Of a stretch of 64,000 bases of DNA, positions 11,410-20,344 are shown in pieces (the stretch's first letter is position 1; each line of letters begins with the position of its first letter). This DNA comes from Auanema rhodensis (taxonomy: Eukaryota; Animalia; Nematoda). The position numbers and the translations under genes were made by a program. A model generated the notes under the pieces. It did not search any database. It was not told where the DNA came from and worked only from the letters and a program-made list of their open reading frames with translations. The stretch is taken from NCBI GenBank assembly GCA_964057225.1, contig OZ059899.1, positions 4,216,001 to 4,280,000 of the forward strand, read 5' to 3'.

Positions 11410-14400
11410 TTAATGGTTTTTTCTTGATGGTAGCCAATTTGTATCCGAAAGGTCTTCTGGTTCGTCATAAGAGTCTTCCTCGTTGTTGTTTCCGTTGATA
11501 ACCTCTATGATTTCAATATCGCTGTCATCGTCTGAGCTGTCTGTACGTGTACTGGGCTTATGTGCGATTCCGTCATCTGTTTCTCGATTAAATAATTTGA
11601 GATTGTCCTTGTGAACGTCTTGAATCTTTCCGAAAAGGTTTTTGATTTGAACCATGTTTCCCTTCACATTTATAACTTCAAATGGTCCATCATAAGCTTT
11701 CCGAAGCTTTTGTCCTGGCTTGTGCATTTTCACAGCTAACATAACGCAGTCTCCTTCTTGTATATCTCTTTCGTGAGTGCGTAATCGAGCATCATGTTTC
11801 TTTTTTGCTAATTCTTGATGCTTTTCCAAATTTTCTTGAATGATTGTTTTCTGTTTGCTTCGGATTTTCTCAATATTTTCAATCTCCTTTGAAATTTCCT
11901 TTGGTTCAGTTGTTTCGGGGTATAAATCTTTATCCAATCTCAAACGGCTTTCTTTCCCGAATAGTACAACGTATGGTGATATTCCTGTGGTTGCATGCGT
12001 TGTGGTGTTCAATGCAAAGGTAATTTTTGGCAAAAACATGTCCCAATCAGTGACATCTTCGTTGAGATAATGTGTGAGTCCTTCTTCTAACGTTCTATGA
12101 AGTCTTTCTACTTGTCCATTGGAATTCTTCTGATGTGGGAGTGTTGATTCATGTTTGATACCGAGTTTTTCGCACATGTCTTCAAATTTCCTTGATAGGA
12201 AGTTGGAACCGCGGTCTGTTATTAAGCGATTCGGTGGTCCATAGACATATACAAAGTTTCTGAGGAATCTATCAATGACAACTTCACTAACAATTGTTGG
12301 TATGGCGATAGTTGTAGCCCATTTGGAGAAAGAGTCTTGTATTGTGAGGACATAGCTGTTGTTCCTTTTTGATGTTGGGAATGGTCCCATGATATCCATA
12401 TGTATTCTCTCAAATGGTTTTGATGGTATGTTAAATTGACCCATCGGTTGTACGGTCATAGCATGAGGATCTTTCTTTCGTTGTGCACATTTGATGCACT
12501 GTTTTACGTATTTTGCTATGTCGTTCTGCATGTTAGTCCAGGAAAATCTTCGTACTATGGCTTCTTTTGTTTTGTTGATTCCTTGATGCGCCCCGATTGT
12601 TGGGTCTTCATGAAATTCTTCAATGATTTTGTTAATTATATCACTATCCGATGGCAATATTAACGCTGGATGAGGTCTTTTGACGCTTGGTTTTGTGTAG
12701 AGTAAGTTGTTTATAACACAATAACGATCATTTTGAATCATATTTTTCTTCGTTCTGTATTCAATCTCAGCTATTGTTCTCTTGATCCAAGGAGTATTTT
12801 GTTGGATTGAGCTGAATTCTGGTAACTTCACAACATTTACTTGTTGTGTCTCAATTTTCTCTTTCGAATTCGTCTTTTGTTTCTTGTTCGACGTCTTTGG
12901 ATCGTTAGCTTCATCTCCAATGTATCTAGAGAGTGCGTCACAGACTTTGTTTAATCTGCCTTCTCGATATTTGATCTCAATATCGTATTCCTGTATGACC
13001 AATTGGAACTTTGCTAGTCTTCCAAATAGGTCTCTTCTAGTTAGTAAGCTTGTCAATGGGCGATGATCGGTGATGCAAATTGAATGTGATCCAAGTATGT
13101 ATGTTCGAAACTGTGCTAGAGCGTAAACTAAGCCTAAGGCTTCTATCTCTATGGGAGCATAGTTACGTTCTGCTTTTACTAATTTCCTACTTGCGAAAGC
13201 AATTGGATGTAAGTTCTTGAATGGTTCGTTTGGATCTTCGCGCTGCAGTAATACTGCGCCTATGGCGATGTTGCTGCCATCACTTTCAATGATGAAAGTT
13301 CGGTCTGATCGTGGTGGTTTCAGTACCGGTGCTTCGATTAGTCGTTCCTTTAGCTTATCTAGTGAACGTTGACATTCGCTAGTCCAATTGAAGTCTGCGT
13401 CTAGCTTAGTAAGGTCATACAGCGGACTTGCTATATGTGCAAAATCTTTAATAAATTTTCTAAAGAATCCGACCATTCCTAAGAATGCTCTTACTCCTGT
13501 GGGTGTTTGAGGAGCAGGGTAATCGCGGATGGCGGAAACTTTCTGTTGATCGGGCTTAACTCCGTCTCTTCCGACAATGAGTCCGAGAAATTTCACTTCT
13601 GGTCTTGCAAATGAACATTTCTTGAGTTTAATCTTAAATCCTAGTCTTTCTACAGCGAGTAATACTTCTTTGATGTCTTCGAGGTGTTGTTCTGCGCTGT
13701 CTGATATGACTAGTAAATCGTCCAAATAGACAAATAGTCGGCATTTACATTTACTTTGGAGATATCTCACGGCTGTTTGAAAGGTATGTGGCGCACCACA
13801 TAATCCCATAGGCATTCTCCTGTATTGATAAGTCCCACTATTGGTGGTAAAGGATGTGAGTGGTCTATCCTTCTTCAATAATGGTATTTGGAAAAAGCCA
13901 GAAACAAGATCAAAATTAGAAAAGTATTGTGATCCAGCCGCTAAGTCAATGATATCAGAGATGTTAGGAATCACATATGTTTGTTTTCTTGTAACGTTAT
14001 TTAAGGCTCGGAAATCCGTAACGAAACGGAATGTTTCGTCTTTTTTCTTAACGAGAACGACAGGGCTGTTGAACAAAGATGTCGATCGTTCTATTATCCC
14101 TTGCTCGAGCATTTCTTGGACTTGTCTTTCTACCTCTTCTTGTTTCCCGAGAGGTATACGTGAAATTCGTGGCTTTGGCATATCCATATCCGTTCGTAGT
14201 GGTATCTTGTGTTCTACTGGTCCTTTGAACAATCCTATCTTTTTATCTTCATTGAGGAATGCCTTCTTACGCTGACGAATGATGTTTCGTAGTTCGTCTT
14301 TTTGTCGTTGCGTAAGATCAGCCTCTTTTAGGTCAAGTTCTTTCATGAAATCACCAGGGAAGTGAGGTAATTTGCCTTCCCAGTCTGCTTCTGGTGGAAT

Positions 14401-17400
14401 ATAGTCGTACTGTTGTTCTGTTGAGAAGATTTCATAGTCCGGTATAGATCCTATTTCGGCTTCTGCAATCACAGTGCCGGCCAGTATTTCTATGAATTCT
14501 TTAGAATTGTTCCGGAATTGGATATTGATGGAGTTAACATCGCGAAATGCTGTGTCGTATCGAGGTGAGAGAGGAGTATTGTCGTTTGGTTTAATCATAG
14601 CGATTAAGTCTTCTCCGATTGGGTTCTCTAATTGGACTTGGAAATTAAAAACTTGTCGAGGAAGTAGACTCCGCGGCTCCAAGGTTATCAAATTAACAGT
14701 TTTTGATATCCTGTTAATATCCCCGTTAATTCCGCTAGCCAAAGGTACTACATGATTTCCAATTTCCAGTGTTCTTTTGTATGGTCTTAGTTTCATGCCA
14801 ATGTTTTGACAGTCAAGTGTTTTCATGAAATCTAATCCAATCAACGCTGGCGATGGACAGTCTTTGTCGTCTGATATGAAGAATGTATGGTCGATTTCGT
14901 AACCGGCTATTTCGACGGTTAAGTCGATAGTACCAATGAATACAAATTCTGATCCGTTCGCTGTTGTTGCTCTTAATGTATTCTTCTTAACAAAGTCATT
15001 CAAAGCTAAGTAGTGTAGTGTCGATATTCTTATGTAACTGACTAAAAATATTTCCAATAATAATTTCTTTGAAAGATTGCTGGGCTTGATCAGCTTAGGG
15101 TGTGGACCGATCGGTATTCCATAATTATTCTTCCTGTCATAAAATAGTTTATCTGTATTTGGCATGAATTGTCGTGATGCTGGCAATTTTATAAATTTTC
15201 TGTCATCAATAAATGCTGCAGTTTTATTCCATCGTACTGTTGTGAGGGTTTTTAGTTCTCTTAGTAAATTGATCGTTGCCTTAATGAATTCGCTTTTCTT
15301 CTCTTCCTCGTCAGTTAGTATACGTTTCCTTATTGGTGGCATTTGTATGAACGTTTGTAGGACTTCTTGTCGTGATGGAACTGTCAATCCTTCTTCAATT
15401 ATAACTGGTGTATTGGTTAAATTGAGAGCTATGCTTTCAATTCGTTCGCGATATGAACCTTCTTTCTTCCTTATGATTTCATCGAATTCGATTACTGTCA
15501 AACGATCTGATATTTGTTCGAGAAGCTGTTCAGATGTTAAGTATGATATTGCTGCCTTTGTAGTAATGGCTAATTCTCTTTGTGCTATATAATATAGCAG
15601 AGCTTCTTCTTTATCACTGAAATCGTATTGCTTGAGAAAATGTCGAACAGAATGTTCATTTATTTGAATTCTGAAGAAAAATTCGAATTTTTCTTTATGT
15701 GATGTTATCCATGCCTTTAGAGAGTATGTTGGATCTACTAAACGTCTTCCTTTGATTATAGGAATAATTGAAGTAATACCGGGATTACTCATTAATGGTC
15801 TTAGGAAAGAATATGGACAGACGTGAAGCAATACTGTTTCATAATCACAGACGTGAAGCAATACTGTTTCATAATCTTCAACTTCGTTGATCCGATCTTG
15901 ATCCAGTGGGAAAGAACATCCTTCGGTGACTGCACGTTTTGGTCTTTTAAACGGCAGCTTTTTGAACTCTCTTTCAATAAGGGTGGTTATATTGTTGTCG
16001 TTTGGAAATTTAGGAAGAATGATATAATTTCCTGATGTCGTATGGAACGCTGGCTGCCTGAAGCAAGAAGAAATAGGTTTCGGAGTTGGTTTGCTCGAAA
16101 GAATAAGTGCCGATTGTGTACTAGGGATTAAAATAGTATCTTGACTAATGATAGCGTCATATGTATGCATATCTATGTAATTACAACGTGAAGCAGTGGT
16201 TTGTGGGTCCCATATTATTATTGATGTACTTGATTCACAATTACCATGATGTGCATTGCATCCTTCCGTGTTTAATATTAAGTTTGACAATATTGTATCG
16301 TCAGGCATACGGGTCATGACTCCGCGCTCTAATATTAGACGTGACCGCTCCTCGCATGCGTCGCGGTTGAACGCGCGCGCTGGGTCATAGGAGGGCTCCG
16401 GAGTTGCTTGGGTGATACTATCAATGCGTTGCAGTTCTATGTTATTCCACTTGCGATCGCGGATCGCCTGTCTGCATTCGCGCTCTCCTATAGGCTGTAT
16501 TCTATTTATTGTTCTGTTCGTATCGCGGAGGAATAGCAGGTCTCGTACGCATAACTTGTGTACTTCCTCTGAACAACGCCACGCATCCCATTCGTGTGCT
16601 GTGTGATTTCTTGTGTACAGATGAACTTCTGTACGTAGCACATGGTTTTTTTCTGTTAATCTGCATTTTCTGATTGTTGGTGGCATAAGTAATGCGCCTC
16701 CTGTTGCTCTTGTACAGATTTGATATGTAGATGCACAGGGCAAGAATATTGCTGCTGTTATTGCCATGATAACTGTGAGCGTCAAAGGCGAAAGGGTGAC
16801 AGAGTTTATTCTTGTTGAGCTTCTATCTCTTCCTCTTGAGTTGTCTCTTGGATTTTTGAATTGAACTCTTCTTTGTCCGTTGTTGTTATTGAATCTACCT
16901 CGTTGGTTGTTATGACGAAAATTATAATTTCTTTGATGCCAATCAGAACTCGATTGCCTATTATCTTGTTCGTTATAATTTGTACGGCGATTATTATTAG
17001 CGAAAGAACCGTAACGGTTTCGATTATTATTGAAATTAGAAAAGTTTTTATTTTTTTGATAATTTTGATAATTTTGATTATTTTGATAATTTTGATTATT
17101 TCTTATCATTTGGTTATCGCGTTGATAATTGCGATTAAATGTTTGGCTATCTCGTCTCTCATCATTACGCGCAAAGGGTGCTAGTGCTTTGTTCACAGCG
17201 TTGACCAACATCGATTGCGTGTCTGTTGTTTGGTTCACTATCGATTCCTCCCAGCGAGCTGCTTCAATCGCTTCTGTGAAGGATTTTGGCTTTGCTCGGA
17301 TCACAGCTGGTTTTAGAGAATTTTTAAGTCTTCTGAGGAATGTTGATCTCAGTATTTGATCTTTATGTGGGTCATCAGATGCAAATGCACTCAATGCCAT

Positions 17401-18477
17401 TGTTCTTAATGCTTGGGCGTATGCATCAATTGTCAATTCCCCTTGCGTGGTGTTTTGAAGGTTAATAAGTGCAGGGTCTTGGTTATATTCAGGGCAGAGC
17501 TTCGATGTTAGTGCTCTAATCAGATCATTCCACGAACCAGTTGTTTTAAGTTGTTCAGGAACTTGTCTGTAAGCTTCTTCTGCTGCTTCTTTTTTGAGAA
17601 GCAAAGGAAGAAGTGCTAACCTTTCAGGGATAACAAGGCCAATGGCATTAGCAAACAAGTTGAATTTACCCGTAAAATCACGGAAGTTACGACTGCCGTC
17701 GTAAGTTGGACAGTAAGGCGAAAGTAAGGCTTGCGCGATTGTTGTTTTCCCTGCCCCAGGTAGTGAGGAAACAGCTTCCGTCATGATGTTATTCGTACGG
17801 GTAGATGGTATTTTGATCGTTCTACCTGTTATTGGTGGGGTCTCCAAAATAGGGGTTGTTTGCGTGGATGGAATAGGTCTATTGGGTGCCTTAGGAAGTG
17901 AGTCTGTTGTTGTTAAGATGGGAGTAGAAGTTTGATGAATACTGGTATTTGGTGCAGGTGGTTGAATTGGTGAGATATTAATGTTAGGGACTGACGAATA
18001 TCTGCTTTTGCGCTTGGTGTTGAAAGTTTTATCTTTAGGCGAAAGGTTAAAAAGATCAGTAACAATGTTTCTAAGAGAACTAAGCCCACCCGCGCTAGAA
18101 GTTTTTGAAAGTAAAGGGGAATCGGTTGGTTCGGTTAGTGAGAGAGAGAGAGAAGCGTCGCTGATGTTTTGATTTTTCTTATTTTTATTAGAATTAGAGG
18201 AGCGTACCTTTTTAGGAGTGATCGGTGTTTGTTCCTCCACAATGATTGATAGTTCTTCTTCTATAGTAGGTACGTAGTCCGGGTCGCCTAGTTGTTCAGT
18301 AGGTGAGACAGAATCAGTAGTAGGAATAAGGAAATTATCCGGCTTCTTGTCGACTTTCTGCTCCTCTTCTAATATAGCGACGTCTTGAGCTCGAGCTCGA
18401 CTTCTGGTAAAGGGAGCTGAGTCTTGGGAATCGAAATGCGTACTTATAGGTACGGCTGAATGGAATCTCTTAGCCAC
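11410..18477 (-). CDS. Single gag-env-like-(pro)-pol polyprotein, up to 2355 aa (first in-frame ATG at 17784)
   Basis: The Gag capsid-like core lies at about 17710-17245 (YDG..F..F, QG..TIDAY, PKSFTEAIEAA). An N/R/Q-rich region follows, then a signal peptide and Cys-rich ectodomain (about 16795-15934). Next come the C-terminal half of the protease (TANG, IGLDF; about 15040-14815), RT (SPVVLVKKK, DFRALN, MPMGL, YLDD at 13717-13728) and RNase H (ESDGS, EALG, TDH, DALSR). The integrase shows H..H..CIKC, MDIMG, TDRG, GQVER and GPF. The annotated start is a GTG. Confidence 0.93.
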   Translation of the reverse strand: MAKRFHSAVPISTHFDSQDSAPFTRSRARAQDVAILEEEQKVDKKPDNFLIPTTDSVSPTEQLGDPDYVPTIEEELSIIVEEQTPITPKKVRSSNSNKNKKNQNISDASLSLSLTEPTDSPLLSKTSSAGGLSSLRNIVTDLFNLSPKDKTFNTKRKSRYSSVPNINISPIQPPAPNTSIHQTSTPILTTTDSLPKAPNRPIPSTQTTPILETPPITGRTIKIPSTRTNNIMTEAVSSLPGAGKTTIAQALLSPYCPTYDGSRNFRDFTGKFNLFANAIGLVIPERLALLPLLLKKEAAEEAYRQVPEQLKTTGSWNDLIRALTSKLCPEYNQDPALINLQNTTQGELTIDAYAQALRTMALSAFASDDPHKDQILRSTFLRRLKNSLKPAVIRAKPKSFTEAIEAARWEESIVNQTTDTQSMLVNAVNKALAPFARNDERRDSQTFNRNYQRDNQMIRNNQNYQNNQNYQNYQKNKNFSNFNNNRNRYGSFANNNRRTNYNEQDNRQSSSDWHQRNYNFRHNNQRGRFNNNNGQRRVQFKNPRDNSRGRDRSSTRINSVTLSPLTLTVIMAITAAIFLPCASTYQICTRATGGALLMPPTIRKCRLTEKNHVLRTEVHLYTRNHTAHEWDAWRCSEEVHKLCVRDLLFLRDTNRTINRIQPIGERECRQAIRDRKWNNIELQRIDSITQATPEPSYDPARAFNRDACEERSRLILERGVMTRMPDDTILSNLILNTEGCNAHHGNCESSTSIIIWDPQTTASRCNYIDMHTYDAIISQDTILIPSTQSALILSSKPTPKPISSCFRQPAFHTTSGNYIILPKFPNDNNITTLIEREFKKLPFKRPKRAVTEGCSFPLDQDRINEVEDYETVLLHVCDYETVLLHVCPYSFLRPLMSNPGITSIIPIIKGRRLVDPTYSLKAWITSHKEKFEFFFRIQINEHSVRHFLKQYDFSDKEEALLYYIAQRELAITTKAAISYLTSEQLLEQISDRLTVIEFDEIIRKKEGSYRERIESIALNLTNTPVIIEEGLTVPSRQEVLQTFIQMPPIRKRILTDEEEKKSEFIKATINLLRELKTLTTVRWNKTAAFIDDRKFIKLPASRQFMPNTDKLFYDRKNNYGIPIGPHPKLIKPSNLSKKLLLEIFLVSYIRISTLHYLALNDFVKKNTLRATTANGSEFVFIGTIDLTVEIAGYEIDHTFFISDDKDCPSPALIGLDFMKTLDCQNIGMKLRPYKRTLEIGNHVVPLASGINGDINRISKTVNLITLEPRSLLPRQVFNFQVQLENPIGEDLIAMIKPNDNTPLSPRYDTAFRDVNSINIQFRNNSKEFIEILAGTVIAEAEIGSIPDYEIFSTEQQYDYIPPEADWEGKLPHFPGDFMKELDLKEADLTQRQKDELRNIIRQRKKAFLNEDKKIGLFKGPVEHKIPLRTDMDMPKPRISRIPLGKQEEVERQVQEMLEQGIIERSTSLFNSPVVLVKKKDETFRFVTDFRALNNVTRKQTYVIPNISDIIDLAAGSQYFSNFDLVSGFFQIPLLKKDRPLTSFTTNSGTYQYRRMPMGLCGAPHTFQTAVRYLQSKCKCRLFVYLDDLLVISDSAEQHLEDIKEVLLAVERLGFKIKLKKCSFARPEVKFLGLIVGRDGVKPDQQKVSAIRDYPAPQTPTGVRAFLGMVGFFRKFIKDFAHIASPLYDLTKLDADFNWTSECQRSLDKLKERLIEAPVLKPPRSDRTFIIESDGSNIAIGAVLLQREDPNEPFKNLHPIAFASRKLVKAERNYAPIEIEALGLVYALAQFRTYILGSHSICITDHRPLTSLLTRRDLFGRLAKFQLVIQEYDIEIKYREGRLNKVCDALSRYIGDEANDPKTSNKKQKTNSKEKIETQQVNVVKLPEFSSIQQNTPWIKRTIAEIEYRTKKNMIQNDRYCVINNLLYTKPSVKRPHPALILPSDSDIINKIIEEFHEDPTIGAHQGINKTKEAIVRRFSWTNMQNDIAKYVKQCIKCAQRKKDPHAMTVQPMGQFNIPSKPFERIHMDIMGPFPTSKRNNSYVLTIQDSFSKWATTIAIPTIVSEVVIDRFLRNFVYVYGPPNRLITDRGSNFLSRKFEDMCEKLGIKHESTLPHQKNSNGQVERLHRTLEEGLTHYLNEDVTDWDMFLPKITFALNTTTHATTGISPYVVLFGKESRLRLDKDLYPETTEPKEISKEIENIEKIRSKQKTIIQENLEKHQELAKKKHDARLRTHERDIQEGDCVMLAVKMHKPGQKLRKAYDGPFEVINVKGNMVQIKNLFGKIQDVHKDNLKLFNRETDDGIAHKPSTRTDSSDDDSDIEIIEVINGNNNEEDSYDEPEDLSDTNWLPSRKNH
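15817..15876. repeat. Perfect 30-bp in-frame tandem duplication (DYETVLLHVC x2)
   Basis: acagacgtgaagcaatactgtttcataatc occurs twice. Provirus 2 has a single homologous copy. Confidence 0.95.
15934..16797 (-). other. Env-like glycoprotein domain within the polyprotein
   Basis: A hydrophobic signal-like segment LTLTVIMAITAAIFLPCAST precedes about 264 aa with 10 Cys and the sequons NHT, NRT and NIT. It ends in the furin-type motif KRPKR. All of these are conserved in provirus 2. Confidence 0.72.
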
Positions 18478-19973
18478 CTTGCTAGAACTCTTGGTTTGAA
18501 AAAACCTTGAGTGCTTGGTAACGTGTGGGATGTTGAGACGTTAAAGAATGCGGTGAATAAAGATGAGGATGTAGGCAAAATGAGAAAGGCTTTGGAGAGC
18601 GACCGGTGTCGTATCGACAACTTGTGAGAATGAGGTCGATGCCTTGGCCAATGGCGATGGATCCGCCTTCTACTGTGTGATATCGGGACTCTGGTGCTCT
18701 CCGTATTTTCTCTGTAGTTGAAAATCTGATTCACAAAACATCTGGGGTGACCAAGCTGTTATTTTACAAAACGTTTAGTGTAATTCGTAATATTCGTTCA
18801 ATTACAGCACATTTTACTGATTTGTATGCAACCATTTTCCTCATGCTGACTAAACTTATGTTTTGTTACACTAGTTTCTCGACCATGTGGTGTGTCATCT
18901 TGCAACAAAACTTATGATGTAATTCGTAACATGCTTTTGATAAAAGAGCAGTTTAACAATAAATGTGCACCAATTTCTCTTTTGTGACCAAAAATAATTT
19001 TTGTTTCTTTACAATCTGGTTTTCAAATACATTTGGTGTAGCTCGCATGTTTCGTTGTAACAAAAGTCATGGGATTCGTAATATTAGTTTTACAAAAGAG
19101 CGTTTCGCAATGATGAATGTAGGTATTTCGTGATCAGAAATCGAATTTTGAAATAAAAGCAGAGTTAAATGGCTAAATATTACAAGAACTAGTATTAAAG
19201 TTGGAATAAGGTTCAATGCGTGAGTCTTATGCTTCTGAACAACAATAACGGTATGAGGAAGGTGACATTCAGTAAGGGGAGAAAATCCAAACCGATATGC
19301 TTTAGCCAACACGACCTGTGTTAATCATGATTCAAATTCGAGATAACATTTTTCAACAGGATTTTTCGGACTATAGCGATCTATAAATTAACAATCCTCC
19401 CTTTTTGGTGAGGTTTCCCGTGTAATTTTTTTCATGCGTACTGATTATAAATTTAGGATGTTAGAAGCAAAATTTGTCTGAACGAAATCGTAACGCAAAA
19501 TAAAATAGTCCTGATCGCAAAACAAACTTCATCCACGAAATATAAAGATATAACCGAAGTTATTCTTTCCTTGAAGCCAAAATTAATCCTTAAAAAGGAG
19601 AAAGCGTGGGAAATACAAAATAACAATTACTTTAGGTGAATTTGTTCACTAATTCAGCCTAAAGCCCTCATCAAGCTTCAAGGTTGGGTAACAGAGCATT
19701 TCAGATGTTATAAGCAAGGATACGAAATTTAAAGGTTCAGACGAAAGAATTTTTGTGAACAAACGGGAAAATAATAATCTCGAAACGTATAATCCTTCTT
19801 TAAAAAAAAAAAAGGATTCGTTGCCTCTGTTCCCATTTAACGTTGTTGGCCCCTCCGTATTGTGTTAAGACATAGAGTAGATGGTATGAGAAAAAGAGAG
19901 ATGAAAGAAATTTTAAAAGGAATTAACAACACGAACATTATAGAGAAGGAAAAAAAAATTGTGATAAGTTCGA

Positions 19974-19986
19974 GGTGGAACCTCCA
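19974..19986 (-). promoter_or_regulatory. Primer-binding site complementary to tRNA-Gln
   Basis: Minus-strand TGGAGGTTCCACC lies directly after the 5' LTR. It is complementary to the conserved animal tRNA-Gln 3' end GGTGGAACCT-CCA. Confidence 0.88.
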
Positions 19987-20344
19987 CGTTCCGTTATGCT
20001 CCCGCGTCGATCTTACAGACCAATGGAGTCTACAAGATGAGCGTGGTAGTATTCCAGATGTAGCGGTTAAACATGGAGCATAAGGATAAACATAAGACTC
20101 GAGAAAGATTGGTTTATTATATCTACGTGATTACAATAAGATACATATAACTAAGTAAAGGTTAAACTAATAGAGAACAGAGAGAGAACGACCAACCATC
20201 CATGATCGTCCCTGAGGCAAAGCTGAAGTGTTGTAATATGGAAAAGGGCGGGTCGTCTTCTCTCAGTCTCGCATTCTCTGACTCTAACCCGCCTGCTACA
20301 GCTTCGTCATATGAATGTAATGCATTGATCATCCGAATGGAACG
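19987..20344 (-). repeat. 5' LTR of provirus 1 (358 bp)
   Basis: Direct repeat of 10355-10712, bounded by the PBS and the TSD. Confidence 0.96.

Larger units (their letters stand above)
10006..20344 (-). mobile_element. Provirus 1: Ty3/Gypsy (Metaviridae) LTR retroelement with an env-like domain
   Basis: It has 358-bp LTRs, TSD TAGT (10002-10005 and 20345-20348), a PBS, a PPT and a polyprotein in RT-RNase H-integrase order. Confidence 0.97.

Noticed and set aside
11410-11600. Chromodomain at the integrase C-terminus
   Set aside because: After the GPF module there is only an acidic low-complexity tail, with no chromodomain aromatic-cage pattern.
11840-18172. Plus-strand ORFs antisense to the polyprotein (also 47313-50364)
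   Set aside because: They are short, have no recognisable motifs and are explained by antisense codon structure. Those shared between the two elements simply mirror sense-strand conservation.
19974-19986. Idea that the element is primed by the array's own tRNA-Ala
   Set aside because: A tRNA-Ala PBS would read TGGTGGAGATA. The observed TGGAGGTTCCACC matches tRNA-Gln. The TGGAG shared with the provirus 2 target site is only 5 bp.
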